NCBI RefSeq assembly: GCF_001194135.2
Contig: NC_068987.1
Location: forward strand, 82,866,723-82,930,722
Direction: 5' to 3'
Source: Octopus bimaculoides
Lineage: Eukaryota
Length of the DNA stretch: 64,000 nucleotides
A model generated the notes under the pieces. That model worked only from the letters and a program-made list of their open reading frames with translations. It ran no database searches and was not told the DNA's origin. Shown here one piece after another: positions 40,030-52,842 of this stretch (position 1 is the first letter of the stretch; every line of letters starts with the position of its first letter). Position numbers and translations under genes: made by a program.

Positions 40030-40620
40030 ATGTTTCATAGGGAATAAGGAGAGAGAGAGAGAGGTGAATGAGGGAGAAAGAGAGAGAAGTGAAGGAGGGA
40101 GAAAGAGAGAGAGAGAGAGAAGTGGGAAGAGACAGAGAGAGAGAGAGAATTAGAAAGCAGCAGAGAGAGAGAGAGGGAGAACTAGAAAGAGAGAGACAGA
40201 GAGAGACAGAGAGAGAGAGAGAGAGATCTAGAAAGAGGCACAGAGAGGGAGAACTAGAAAGAGAGAGAGAGAGAGATCTAGAAAGAGGCACAGAGAGAGA
40301 GAGAACTAGAAAGAGACAGAGAGAGAGTGAGAGTGGGAGTGAGCAAGAGAAAATGAGAGAGTGAGTGAGAAGAGAGAGAAAGAGAGAGAGAGAGAGTCAC
40401 AGAGAGAGGGAGAAGAGAAAGAAAAAGAATGAGCAAGAAAGCGAATGAGAGAGGGGAGAGAAAGTGGCTGAGAGGAAAAAAGAGACAGAGGGAGAGAGAG
40501 AAATAGAGAAATTGGGAGAGAGAGAATAAGAGAGAGAGAGAAAAAGAGTGAAAGAGAATGAAAGTGAGAATGAGAGAATGAAAGACACATAGAGGGGGGA
40601 GAAGAGAAAGAGAGAGAACT

Positions 40621-40651
<31 letters not shown>

Positions 40652-40938
40652 GAATAAGAAAAAGTGAAACAAAAAATGAACGAAAATGAGAGAGACAGAC
40701 AGACAGAGAATGAAAGATAATGAGAGAGAGAGAGTGAGTGAGTGAGTGAAAGTTAATGAATGAGAGAATGAGAGAATGAAAGACGCAGAGAAGGGGAGAA
40801 GAGGGAGAGACAGGGAGATAGAGAGAAAGGGAATAAGAGAGAGTGAAACAAAACATGAACGAGAATGAAAGAGACAGACAGACAGAGAATGAAAGAGACA
40901 GACAGACAGAGAATGAAAGAGACAGACAGACAGAGAAT

Positions 40939-41020
<82 letters not shown>

Positions 41021-41105
41021 GAGTGAGTGAGTGAAAGTGAATGAGAGAAAGAAGAAAATGAAGAAAATGGGAGAAAGACTTTGTGAAAGAAAAAAAAGAA
41101 GAAAA
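40030..41105 (+). repeat. About 1-kb polypurine (GA)-rich tract with internal higher-order duplications
   Basis: Blocks near 40570-40720 and 40765-40920 repeat (gaatgaaagac...gggaataaga...gtgaaacaaaa); GAGAATGAAAGAGACAGACAGACA recurs about three times. Confidence 0.85.
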
Positions 41106-41224
41106 AATGTTAATGAATTTTTCCAATAAATATATTAGCAGTTCATTAATGTCAGATCTATTGTCAATGTTAGGCTCCCTAAATACCATTTCCTCAGAAT
41201 CAATAAGATTCCTGGGGAATAACC

Positions 41225-41417
41225 ATCAACTCCACCACCATCATTATCATCATCATCATCATTATCATCATCACTATGGCCATCATTACCACCACCATCA
41301 TCACTATGACTACCATAATCATCATCATTATCACCACCACCACCACCACTACCATGATGATGATCATCATCATCATCACCATTATCGCCACCACCACCAT
41401 CATCATCACTAACATCC

Positions 41418-41450
<33 letters not shown>

Positions 41451-41530
41451 CTATGACCATCACCACCAACTTCACCTCCATGACGACGACCCTCACCACA
41501 TTCATTACTTTGGCCACCATAGCCATAATC
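41225..41530. repeat. Cryptic (CAT/CAC)n trinucleotide tract
   Basis: Direct reading. Confidence 0.9.
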
Positions 41531-41640
41531 ATCATCTTGTTTGTTGTTAACACAACGTTTCAGCTGATATACCCTCCAGCCTTCATCAGGTGTCTTGGGG
41601 AATTTCAAACCTGAGTTCTCATTCTTAAGGTATTTTTCAA

Positions 41641-41642
<2 letters not shown>

Positions 41643-41687
<45 letters not shown>

Positions 41688-41796
41688 TCACTGCCTGGAA
41701 TCGAACTCGGAATCTTGGGGTAAGTAGCCTACGCTCTTAACCACTACACCATATGCTCGTGGTGTAGTGGTTAAGAGTGCGGGCTACTAACCCCAA
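41643..41796. mobile_element. Head-to-head pair of short tRNA-like elements with (AAT)n tail
   Basis: Minus copy has A box TGGTGTAGTGG, B box GTTCGATTCC and an AAT tail; the plus copy begins 8 nt away and runs into the gap. 37-bp arms 41715-41751/41760-41796. Confidence 0.75.
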
Positions 41797-42454
41797 NNNN
41801 NNNNNNNNNNNNNNNNNNNNNNNNNNNNNNNNNNNNNNNNNNNNNNNNNNNNNNNNNNNNNNNNNNNNNNNNNNNNNNNNNNNNNNNNNNNNNNNNNNNN
41901 NNNNNNNNNNNNNNNNNNNNNNNNNNNNNNNNNNNNNNNNNNNNNNNNNNNNNNNNNNNNNNNNNNNNNNNNNNNNNNNNNNNNNNNNNNNNNNNNNNNN
42001 NNNNNNNNNNNNNNNNNNNNNNNNNNNNNNNNNNNNNNNNNNNNNNNNNNNNNNNNNNNNNNNNNNNNNNNNNNNNNNNNNNNNNNNNNNNNNNNNNNNN
42101 NNNNNNNNNNNNNNNNNNNNNNNNNNNNNNNNNNNNNNNNNNNNNNNNNNNNNNNNNNNNNNNNNNNNNNNNNNNNNNNNNNNNNNNNNNNNNNNNNNNN
42201 NNNNNNNNNNNNNNNNNNNNNNNNNNNNNNNNNNNNNNNNNNNNNNNNNNNNNNNNNNNNNNNNNNNNNNNNNNNNNNNNNNNNNNNNNNNNNNNNNNNN
42301 NNNNNNNCTTGGAGTCGATAAATTAAGTACTAGTTGCGTACTGGGGTAGATTTAATTGATTGGCCCCTTCCCCCAAAATTTCAAGCCTTGTGCCTTGAGG
42401 AGAAAATAATATTTCAATGAGTTCTTTGACATCCTGAATTTACACATCAATGAC

Positions 42455-42860
42455 TGATCTTTCTATTCAGAGCCAGAAAATATCTCACCTGCCTCACAAC
42501 AAAGACTGACCCTCTACAAAGCACAGGTGAGACTCACAACAGAATGCTGTTATCAGAATGCTGCTGTTGTTGTTCATTACGGAGAGATTCTCGGCAACAT
42601 CCAAAAAGAGTTCCCTTGGCATTACTCACAAATACACTCCAACCTCTGACTCACAGAAGCGCTGTGTCTCCTCTCTTTGCCTTTCCTACAACTACTATTA
42701 TGGCCTCTGCTTCTTGAAGCTAACTGGTCTCATACCCACTCCACTCATACACTTCCTACTCACTAAGCTTTCCTCATCCCATCACCTATATAACCATCTA
42801 CACTCCCTGTTTTTGCAATAACCTCTGCACCAAGTTCATCGTCCCAAAATGTCTCCAGGA
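42455..42860 (+). mobile_element. L2/Crack-like (CR1 group) LINE C-terminal relic
   Basis: FRARKYL...QRLTLYKAQVR and VSSLCLSYNYYYGLCFLKLTGLIPTPL across frameshifts. Confidence 0.7.
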
Positions 42861-44285
42861 ATCAGGGCTGTGGAGTCAAAACAAAAAACTTTGATTCTGA
42901 CTCTATTATTGGCACCTCTGAGTCTGACTCCTCGTTATGTAATTAAGTGATTGTGGTCTACATATCTCGTGAAGCATATGCATACGCTTGTACTTTGAGT
43001 AAGCCTATATGTCATAAATGGTTTAGATTAAAGAATAAAGACATAGTGAGTTGGAGCCAGAGTCAATATAGTTTTACCAACTCTGACATTGGCTCCAGCT
43101 ACCCTTTAATAGTTTCTGACTCTGACTATGACTCCACAGCCCTGCCAGGAATTCTCTCCTAGCACATATTTTTCCTGCAGCTCAGCTTGCAACAAACTAA
43201 GAGGGATATTAATAACATCAGTATCACTGGTCCTGAAGAGTTGGAAAATGGCATGGAAACCATAGGCACAGTGGCTGTGTGGTTAAGAACCTTGTTCAGT
43301 TCCACTGCACAGCACCTTAGGCAAGTGTCTTTTACTATATCCTCAGGCCAAACAAAACTGTGAGTGGATTCAGTAGTCAGAAACTGAAAGAAGCTTGCTG
43401 TGTGTGTGTGTGCGTGTGTGTATTTGTCTGTGTGTGTGTACCCTTGCTTAGACATCATGTGGTGTTTGTAAACGTATACAAGCAATGTTGTTGATTTCCA
43501 GTCTTCTTTGAAAAACATGGGGAAATATTACTTTGGTTGGTAACAGGAAGAGCATCCGGCAGTAGAAAATTTGCCTCAATGAATCCCATTCGAACCATGC
43601 TAATATGAAACTGAACTGCCACTCAGTCGGTTATGATGACAAGTGTTCCAGGTGATTCAATCAATGGAANNNNNNNNNNTCAATGGAACAGTCTGCTCAA
43701 GAACTTAATGTACAAGTGGCTGAGCATTCCACAGACACAGATATTCTTAATGTAGTTCTCAATGAGATTCAGTATAACATAGAATGTGACAAGGCTGGCC
43801 CTTTTGAATTATAAGTACAACTCATTTTTGCCAGCTGAGTGGAATGGAGCAATGTGAGAGAAAGTGTCTTGCTCAAGGACAACTCGTGACCACATGATTA
43901 TGAGCCAAACATCCTTAACCACTAAACCACATGCTTTAACACAAGCATGGAAAAGTATATGGTAAATGACAATGACACCGACAACAACAGCAACTCTTTC
44001 CTTCACACCAAATCAAAAAAAAAAATTGAGTTGAAATAATCAATAGAATCCCTTCAAGATGTTGCCTCAGAAGGTTGCCAACGAGGTTGGTGATGAGGAC
44101 TAACAAAAGGGAAAAAAAAACTCTCAAAGCATATTGGGGAGTTTCTAGTATTTATTTAAAAGAATATTTCTATTGATTGATCAATAATGTATTCATTGAG
44201 CAAGTCATAGATGTAATTGATGAGAGAGAAACACTTATGATTGAGTAGGGTGACATTTTGACTTTCAATAAACCAATACACATAG

Positions 44286-44348
<63 letters not shown>

Positions 44349-44884
44349 AACCTACGTAGTTGACTTACAAGCATGACAAATTTAACTATTTCTCTGTGGA
44401 TTGTTAAAATAATAAACAGCCTAAATCTATTGTTGACCCTTTATCGGGTCTCAAGAAATAGAGCTACTAATTTGGATAATTTATGTGTTTAATGCTCTAT
44501 TTAATACCAGAGGCCTGTCAATGAGGATTCTTGTCCACGCCGTATCAAGGTTTAACATAATATGTGTAATCCTATACAGGAGACATACAAACATGTCGAG
44601 TTTAACTATTTTGCTGTAGATTGAAAAAATAATGACTGACTTAATTGATTTTCAACTCTTATTAGGTTCACACCAGTGGAGTGTACATCACTTGACCACA
44701 CCCAGAGAAACAAGTCGGCAATCCATTTACATTCGTAACAAATCTATTAGCTACACAGAAGTGGAGCCAATAATTTGCCTGCTATAAGTGTTTAACAAGC
44801 CTCTTTAATATCAGAGGCCTGTCAGCAGGGAGCCCAGTTCACACAGTATCTGTAGTATCAAGGCATGATATTTGTAAACATAGC

Positions 44885-44924
<40 letters not shown>

Positions 44925-45534
44925 NNNNNNNNNNNNNNNNNNNNNNNNNNNNNNNNNNNNNNNNNNNNNNNNNNNNNNNNNNNNNNNNNNNNNNNNNNNN
45001 NNNNNNNNNNNNNNNNNNNNNNNNNNNNNNNNNNNNNNNNNNNNNNNNNNNNNNNNNNNNNNNNNNNNNNNNNNNNNNNNNNNNNNNNNNNNNNNNNNNN
45101 NNNNNNNNNNNNNNNNNNNNNNNNNNNNNNNNNNNNNNNNNNNNNNNNNNNNNNNNNNNNNNNNNNNNNNNNNNNNNNNNNNNNNNNNNNNNNNNNNNNN
45201 NNNNNNNNNNNNNNNNNNNNNNNNNNNNNNNNNNNNNNNNNNNNNNNNNNNNNNNNNNNNNNNNNNNNNNNNNNNNNNNNNNNNNNNNNNNNNNNNNNNN
45301 NNNNNNNNNNNNNNNNNNNNNNNNNNNNNNNNNNNNNNNNNNNNNNNNNNNNNNNNNNNNNNNNNNNNNNNNNNNNNNNNNNNNNNNNNNNNNNNNNNNN
45401 NNNNNNNNNNNNNNNNNNNNNNNNNNNNNNNNNNNNNNNNNNNNNNNNNNNNNNNNNNNNNNNNNNNNNNNNNNNNNNNNNNNNNNNNNNNNNNNNNNNN
45501 NACATATATATGTTTGTGTGTGTATTTGTGTGTG

Positions 45535-45735
45535 TCTGTGTTTGTCCCCCTAGCATTGCTTGACAACCGATGCTGGTGTGTTTATGTCCCCGTCACTTAG
45601 CGGTTCGGCACAATGAGACCGATAGAATAAGTACTAAGCTTACAAAGAATAAGTCCCGGGATTGATTTGCTCGACTAAAGGCGGTGCTCCAGCATGGCTG
45701 CAGTCAAATGACTGAAACAAGTAAAAGAGTAAAGA
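45535..45735 (+). mobile_element. SINE AB 3' half, apparently young
   Basis: ttgacaaccgatgctggtgtgtttatgtcccc...gactgaaacaagtaaaagag. Confidence 0.85.
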
Positions 45736-45839
45736 GTTCAGCAAGCATTGCTTCACCACACACCGAAAATTAGAAATAGCAGTCATTGACTGCTATTTCT
45801 AATTTTCGGTGTGCGGTGAATCAATTCTTGCGGAACCCT
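45733..45839. repeat. 107-bp near-perfect palindrome centred at 45786
   Basis: 53-bp arms with 5 mismatches and a 1-nt centre (...AGAAATAGCAGTCA T TGACTGCTATTTCT...). Confidence 0.9.
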
Positions 45840-48800
45840 AAATTTTAATTATGTTTATATAAGTTTACCAATAATGGTTTTTAACACACCGAACGACTTG
45901 GTAAAATTACTAATTAATAATTAATTCTTAATTTTTACCCTATATTTGTATATATATTGAAAGGTATAATGAATAAACACCCCAATCGGTCAAAACAACT
46001 TTATATCATTCCCAAATTACCAAAAATCGAATATAAATATATATTAAAATAATAGGGCACCCAATAGTAAAACCCAATAGTATAAAATACAGACAAATAC
46101 ACGAATAAAAGGTCTTAAAACAAACCTAAAAGGTTAATGCAAGTGAAGTTGAATGAAGAAAAATATATGGAATAGATTCCTGCATAATAAAAGTGACTAA
46201 AAATTTAAGACAATGGAGCTAAAATAATATAAACAAAAACCAATACAAGAGTATAAATATAAAAAATAAAGTGTCACCTGAGCACTCCCAGCTGCAGTCC
46301 TATTTTTATTTTTGCTTTTTGGTTTAGCGAAATTGCCTTTTGGTTTAACAAAGTTATAAAATTAACCTCTTATATANNNNNNNNNNNNNNNNNNNNNNNN
46401 NNNNNNNNNNNNNNNNNNNNNNNNNNNNNNNNNNNNNNNNNNNNNNNNNNNNNNNNNNNNNNNNNNNNNNNNNNNNNNNNNNNNNNNNNNNNNNNNNNNN
46501 NNNNNNNNNNNNNNNNNNNNNNNNNNNNNNNNNNNNNNNNNNNNNNNNNNNNNNNNNNNNNNNNNNNNNNNNNNNNNNNNNNNNNNNNNNNNNNNNNNNN
46601 NNNNNNNNNNNNNNNNNNNNNNNNNNNNNNNNNNNNNNNNNNNNNNNNNNNNNNNNNNNNNNNNNNNNNNNNNNNNNNNNNNNNNNNNNNNNNNNNNNNN
46701 NNNNNNNNNNNNNNNNNNNNNNNNNNNNNNNNNNNNNNNNNNNNNNNNNNNNNNNNNNNNNNNNNNNNNNNNNNNNNNNNNNNNNNNNNNNNNNNNNNNN
46801 NNNNNNNNNNCTGCAGTATCCTTTCTACAATAGGCATAAGGCCTGAAAGTTTGGGGAAGAGGCTAGTCAATTATTTTGACACCCAGCGCTCAACTGGTAC
46901 TTATTTTATCGACCCCAAAAGAATGAAAGACAAAGTTGACCTCGGTGGAATTTGAACTCAGAATGTAAAGACAAATGAAATGCTGCAAAGCATTTTGTCT
47001 GGCTTGCAAATGATTCTGCCAGCTCACCGCTTTACTGAAAGTAAACAATCACAACGTCGGAAAATCTCAGAGCTATGAGATAATGCCTGATTAATTCAAA
47101 ACAACATGAATAAATAAGCATCTCATTCGACGGAGTAATCTAAATACTGAAGGGTAAAAAAAGCACGTCCTTTTTAAAGTACCAGCTGACCAAATTAAAC
47201 TAATCTGTGTGAGGAACACAGTGGCATAAGCTAACAAACGGAACAAGTTTATTAACTTATTAACATGACAAAATAACAGGAAATGAGAGAGAACAAAACT
47301 GCTACTGATGTAGAATTTGTACAATTGACAACCATTATAATGATGCCAATGTGAGTCAGCACTTTTTTTTGCTCTAAATTTATTCATTTCAATTAGATTA
47401 TATCAACTAATAGGAAGAGGGGTTCGGCATAGTAAGAGTCATCCTTTTTTTTATTTAATGGGCTGTCAACAAATTTTAATATATAACCCTTTTTTGTTTC
47501 CTCTTCTTTGCCTGCTGGTTGATTTTGAAGGCATCTATAATATATGTATATATATCATTTTAACCCTTTTAACCATATTTCCAAGAAAACAGCATATTTT
47601 GTTGGATTTTGTGAGGATAATTACACCAATAATAAACATACATACACACTGGTTCTGTTTCACTTCTTTTATAACTAATCACTAAGTCAATCAATCAGTT
47701 AGGTTTGTCAAAGTCTGACAGACCTAAAGTAGATCTCAAGTAGAGAGGTCATGCTATAGATGAGGTTATCAGTAACGTTGAAAGGACTTTGACAAATTTA
47801 GTCGATTGATTGAATAACCAAACAATTAGTGAAACAATGAATTAGTTAATTAGTTAAATGGTTAACCAACTGACTAATAATAATACTATACTCTATAGTC
47901 CAGTACTCAACCAGTACATATTTCATCAATCCCCAAAGGATGAAAGACAAAGTCAATCTCATCATCATCATCATCATCTTCATCATCATTATCATCATCA
48001 TTTTAATGTCCATTTTTCAATGCTTGCATGGGTTAAACAGAATTCATTGAAGTAGATTTTCTGCTCCCAGAAGTCCTTCCTGTTGCCAATCCCCACCTGT
48101 TTCCAAGCAAGGTAATATTTCTCAGTGGCCAGACATGTTTACACAAAAGATTGGAAATGAACGACACCACTTGTACAACAGTGACACTCGTTTACAACCA
48201 TCTCGCAGTGTCAAGACAAGGCATCACAAAAAACATACACATACATATATATATATATTAAGCTGCTTCTTTCAGTTTTCGTCAACCAGATCCTCTCACA
48301 AGGATTTGGTCAGCTCAAAGTAAAAATAGAGTAGTAAGGTGCCATGTAGTGGATTTGAACCCCAAAACATATGGTTAAGAAGCAAACTTCTTAACCACAC
48401 AGCCATGATTGTATAGATGCATATATGTACATATACATGTACATAGGTATGTATGTATGAATGCATATATGTACATATGTATGTATGTATGTAATATATG
48501 GTAATAATTATAAACAGGGCAAATTTTAGCCATTTCTCCCCCAGACTGAACAAAAAATGATGAACAACCTTAATTGATATTCAAACTTTAGTGGGTCCTC
48601 ATCAGAGATATCTACATCATTCTGACAGTCTCCAGAGAAACAAGCAATCAAACTGTTCATATACTCAATAAAGGCAGCATTTACTCTATGAAGGAGTCCC
48701 TAATTTGCATACCGAAAGTGTTTAACACTCTATAAATATCAGTAGCCTGTCAACAGGGATCTTAATCCACACAGTATCAAGGTATGATATAATAAACATG

Positions 48801-48940
48801 TAATAAATAGTATAATTATTGTCATTATTCAGTTTTATTTCAAGATTTCTTGCCAATAGAGAAAGAATCGGTTTCTAGCCTAGAGGTTACTTCATTGGAA
48901 TTTCAACATCAACAACAGGGTATTTTTGTGTGTATGTATG

Positions 48941-48971
<31 letters not shown>

Positions 48972-49383
48972 GTCGGTATGTATGTATGTATGTATGTATG
49001 TATGTTTTGTTTTATGTATATAGTCTCATGCATATAGTTACATATCTAGACATGCTCATATAGATTTAAATGATAAACTTCTGGAAAGTTTTACAGATGT
49101 TCACAGTTTCAGTGATGGATTGGCTCTGTAGTTTTCTGTGTGTATGTATGTATGCATGTATGTATGTATGTAAGTATGTATGTGTGTATGTATGTATATA
49201 TGTACGTATGCATGTTTGTGTGTATCTATGTATGTATCTATGTATGTACATATATATGTACTTACTTGACACCACTATCGCTCATAACCTATATATGTAC
49301 TTATATATGTACTTACTTGACACCACTATCGCTCATAACCTATATATGTACTTATGTATGTGTGCATGTATATATGTATGTGT

Positions 49384-49770
49384 GAAGGCACAATGGCCCA
49401 GTGGTTAGGGCAGTGGCCTCGCGGTCGGAAGATTGCGGTTTCGATTCCCAGACCGAGCGTTGTGTGTGTTTATTGAGCAAAAACATCTAAAGCACCACGC
49501 GGTTCTGGCAGGGGGTGGTGGCGACCCCTGTTGTACTCTTTCGCCCCAAATTTCTCTCACTCTTTCTTCCTGTTTCTTGAGTAATGCTGCGATGGACTGG
49601 NNNNNNNNNNCCCTGTTGTACTCTTTCGCCCCAAATTTCTCTCACTCTTTCTTCCTGTTTCTTGAGTAATGCTGCGATGGACTGGCATCCCGTCCAGCTG
49701 GGTGGGGGGTGGGGAACGCATATGCCATGGAAACCAGGAAACCAGGCCCATGAGCCTGGCTAGGCTTAAA
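49384..49770 (+). mobile_element. SINE family E copy (contains an assembly overlap artefact)
   Basis: Matches 25982-26195. Confidence 0.8.
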
Positions 49771-50058
49771 AAAAAACGGTGCATAAATAAAATAATATAT
49801 GTGTGTATCTATGTATGTATATGGCAGTGTGTGGACTAGTGGTTAGAGTTGTTAGACTAAGATTGTGGTTTCAGTTCCTGAACAGGTGATGCATTGTGTC
49901 CTTGAGCAAAACACTTCATTTCACATTGCTTCCATCCACTCAGCTAAATAATTCTCTGACTAACTAGCGTCCCATCCAGGGACAGAACATAAATACCTAC
50001 AGCACAGGAGGAACCTTTTATCTTCTTTCTTTTGTATATGTATTTGTGTGTGTATGCA

Positions 50059-50144
<86 letters not shown>

Positions 50145-50774
50145 CCCTATCGTTGTATCTATTAAAATTCTTTCCTTCAGGTAGTGTGAAATTTTTATGT
50201 ACTTACACATAATATATTCTCTTTTGTACTTGTCACTTTCATTCACCGGAATCTTGCATTGATCTGCCACAAAGTTTGGGAATCCTTTTATTCGAAATTT
50301 TCTAGAAGAACTGGCCATTTTCTCTATTCATACATTTTTCATTTGCATCACGTTTTGGATGATTTTGTGTTTTTTTACTTCCATTCATTTATCATCTTTG
50401 CATATGTCTGTGTGAGCATATGCGTTTGCATAACAATTTTGCTCTAAATTTACCTTCAGTGTTACTATCTTTTGGTTAAAGAATCTTCTTGACGTCATAA
50501 TAAGAAACCATATTTTTTAACTATAAGAGGTCTCAATGTATAGTTCTTAAAAGAATGCATAAAAATTCTATAAAATAATGAACATAAACTAAAAGAACCA
50601 GTAACAACTTCTCTTGAAATCTTTGCTGTTGAAGAATTCAATAATATTAATATAATACAGAAATTATCAAAGAAATTCTCTTCAGTTCGATGAAAACTAT
50701 ACAGCAAATGTACATTTGGAAGAAAGAAATACACACAAGATAAATAGATTAATTAATTAATAAATTTATAAATA

Positions 50775-51262
50775 AACAAGGGCACTCGGAGAATGTAAAT
50801 CTCCGCTAAGGCAACACCAATATCCTCTCAATGATTAGCCCGAGATGATTTTTAAAATGAGAATAAACTGGACTGCTCTCACAAACGAGAATACTAAAAA
50901 TGAACCTGACCACTCTCAAAAATTAAGTAAAAAAACTGGAAAAATAATCCAGAATCCTTGTCCGGTACCAGATTGATTCCAAAATCTAATCAGTTTGTGC
51001 CAGTCATGAGGTCAAACATCCCTGAAAGTTTCATCTGAATCCATCTGATGGTTCTTGAGATATCTTGCCCATGGACAAACAAACGTGACTGCAAACAATA
51101 CTTAACTTTTGAGAGCAGTCGGGTTCGTTTTTAGTACTCCCGTTTGTGAGAGCAGTCAAGTTTATTTCAGATTTTCTCATTTTAAAAATCATCTCCAGCT
51201 AATCATTGAGAGGAAATTGGTGTTGGCTCGGCGGAGGTTTGTGCTCTCTGAGTGCTCTTGTT
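50775..51262. mobile_element. Foldback non-autonomous DNA element with about 155-164-bp inverted arms
   Basis: 50775-50929 is the reverse complement of 51099-51262 (about 85% by eye, one 8-nt indel); 169-nt spacer. Confidence 0.8.
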
Positions 51263-52100
51263 GTTGTTATTATTGTTATTATTATTACTTTCATTATTAG
51301 ATTGGCAGATTGGAGCCTGGTGCAGCCACTGGTTCTCCAGACCTCAGTAAAACCGTCCAACCCATGCCAGCATAGAAAACGGACATGATGATGATGGTGG
51401 TGGCAGAATCTCTACAGCATCTTACAAAATAGCTTACATATTTGTTCCAGCTGTACTTTTGGAATTCAAATCCTGCTGAGGTCAGCTTTGTCTTTCATCT
51501 TTCGAGAATAAAAAAAAAATATAGAAACAGACAAATATTGGGGTTAATCTGATTGACAAACCCCTCTTCACAAATTTCAGGCCTTGTGCTTTTACAGGAA
51601 GCAAGTAAGGGTAGTGGGTTGGCAGAATTGTTACATAACAACCATACTGCTATTCTATAGTCTTCTATTTTACAAGGAAGAACACAAGATTCTTTCATTT
51701 CTGTATTTGGTTTGCAAGGTTCTTGATGTTAAAGTATATTCTGTTTTTATCCTGGGAGGGTCATTATGCCAGTAATAACACATGCACTGGTTCTGTTTCA
51801 TTTCTTTATTTTTATTTGTTAGTTGTTTTAATTATCTAACCAATTAACCTATTAATCATTTGATTAATCAATCAGTCAGCTGGCTTTGTCAAAGTCCTTT
51901 CATCACCATTCATGACCTTATCAATGACATACCTTCTCTAGTCCAGGTCTGCTCCAGGTTTGTCTGTCTCAGACTTTGTTTTCTATATTCCACTCATATT
52001 CAATCAATTTTCTATGAATTCACTTCAGACTCAACATGTGTTACCCTGATTGACTGCAAATTTACTTTATAGAGATTTCCTTAGAATTTTTATTTCACAA

Positions 52101-52137
<37 letters not shown>

Positions 52138-52788
52138 AAAAACCATTTCAATATCTTTCCTTCATTCTCATAGAAACCAAACCAAAAATGAGAATATCTC
52201 TAAACAAACCCGATATTCTTTTCCCAACTTAATTTCTTCTCTCTTTTTACATCTCACCCTTGCTCTTTTCATTTATTTATATATATATATTCACCTCCCC
52301 CTTTCACTATCTTCCATATTCTCTCTTTTCCTTAAGCTTCTCTTCATCTATCCACCTCTAGAAAACTTATAGAGATCATTACAGTCTTATTTTCTCTAAG
52401 ATACCTCTGTAGAGTAAGACTATAAGACCTAAATGTCAAAATACCGAACACAATCTAATCAGATACTATTCAAAAATCCATTGCAACCTTGAAAACTGAA
52501 AAGCCTATATATTCCAAAGCTTTTTCAAGACTATTTTCATGGTTGCACTTCTTTTATTGATACAATAACTGTGCACGGGTTTCACCCTTCTATATTTTCA
52601 GATTTAAATCTATACTGTCTTACAAGTAGAATGCAGCACAATTTCTTGTTTACTTAAGCTGCGATGAACTGTTATTCATAAAAACGTAATAAACCATCTG
52701 CAGTGGTTTCTATTCACTTCTAAGCTTTATTACTAGACTAACAAATGTGACCCAAGTAACTGCATTTAGCTTTCTTCGTTACACTCAA

Positions 52789-52842
<54 letters not shown>

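Noticed and set aside
41680-41758. tRNA gene (also SINE heads at 25982, 28461, 49384)
   Set aside because: A/B boxes are present, but no convincing acceptor stem, and each continues into a repeat body or AAT tail.
45840-46376. Possible mitochondrial insertion
   Set aside because: AT-rich and strand-skewed, but I could not recognise any mitochondrial gene or rRNA motif; more likely TE-derived. BLAST would settle it.
49526-49685. 75-bp direct duplication around a 10-N gap (smaller case at 43660-43690)
   Set aside because: Identical sequence on both sides of a nominal gap indicates unmerged contig overlap.
50460-50740. Possible decayed transposase C-terminus
   Set aside because: Fragmentary frames with stops and no diagnostic motif.
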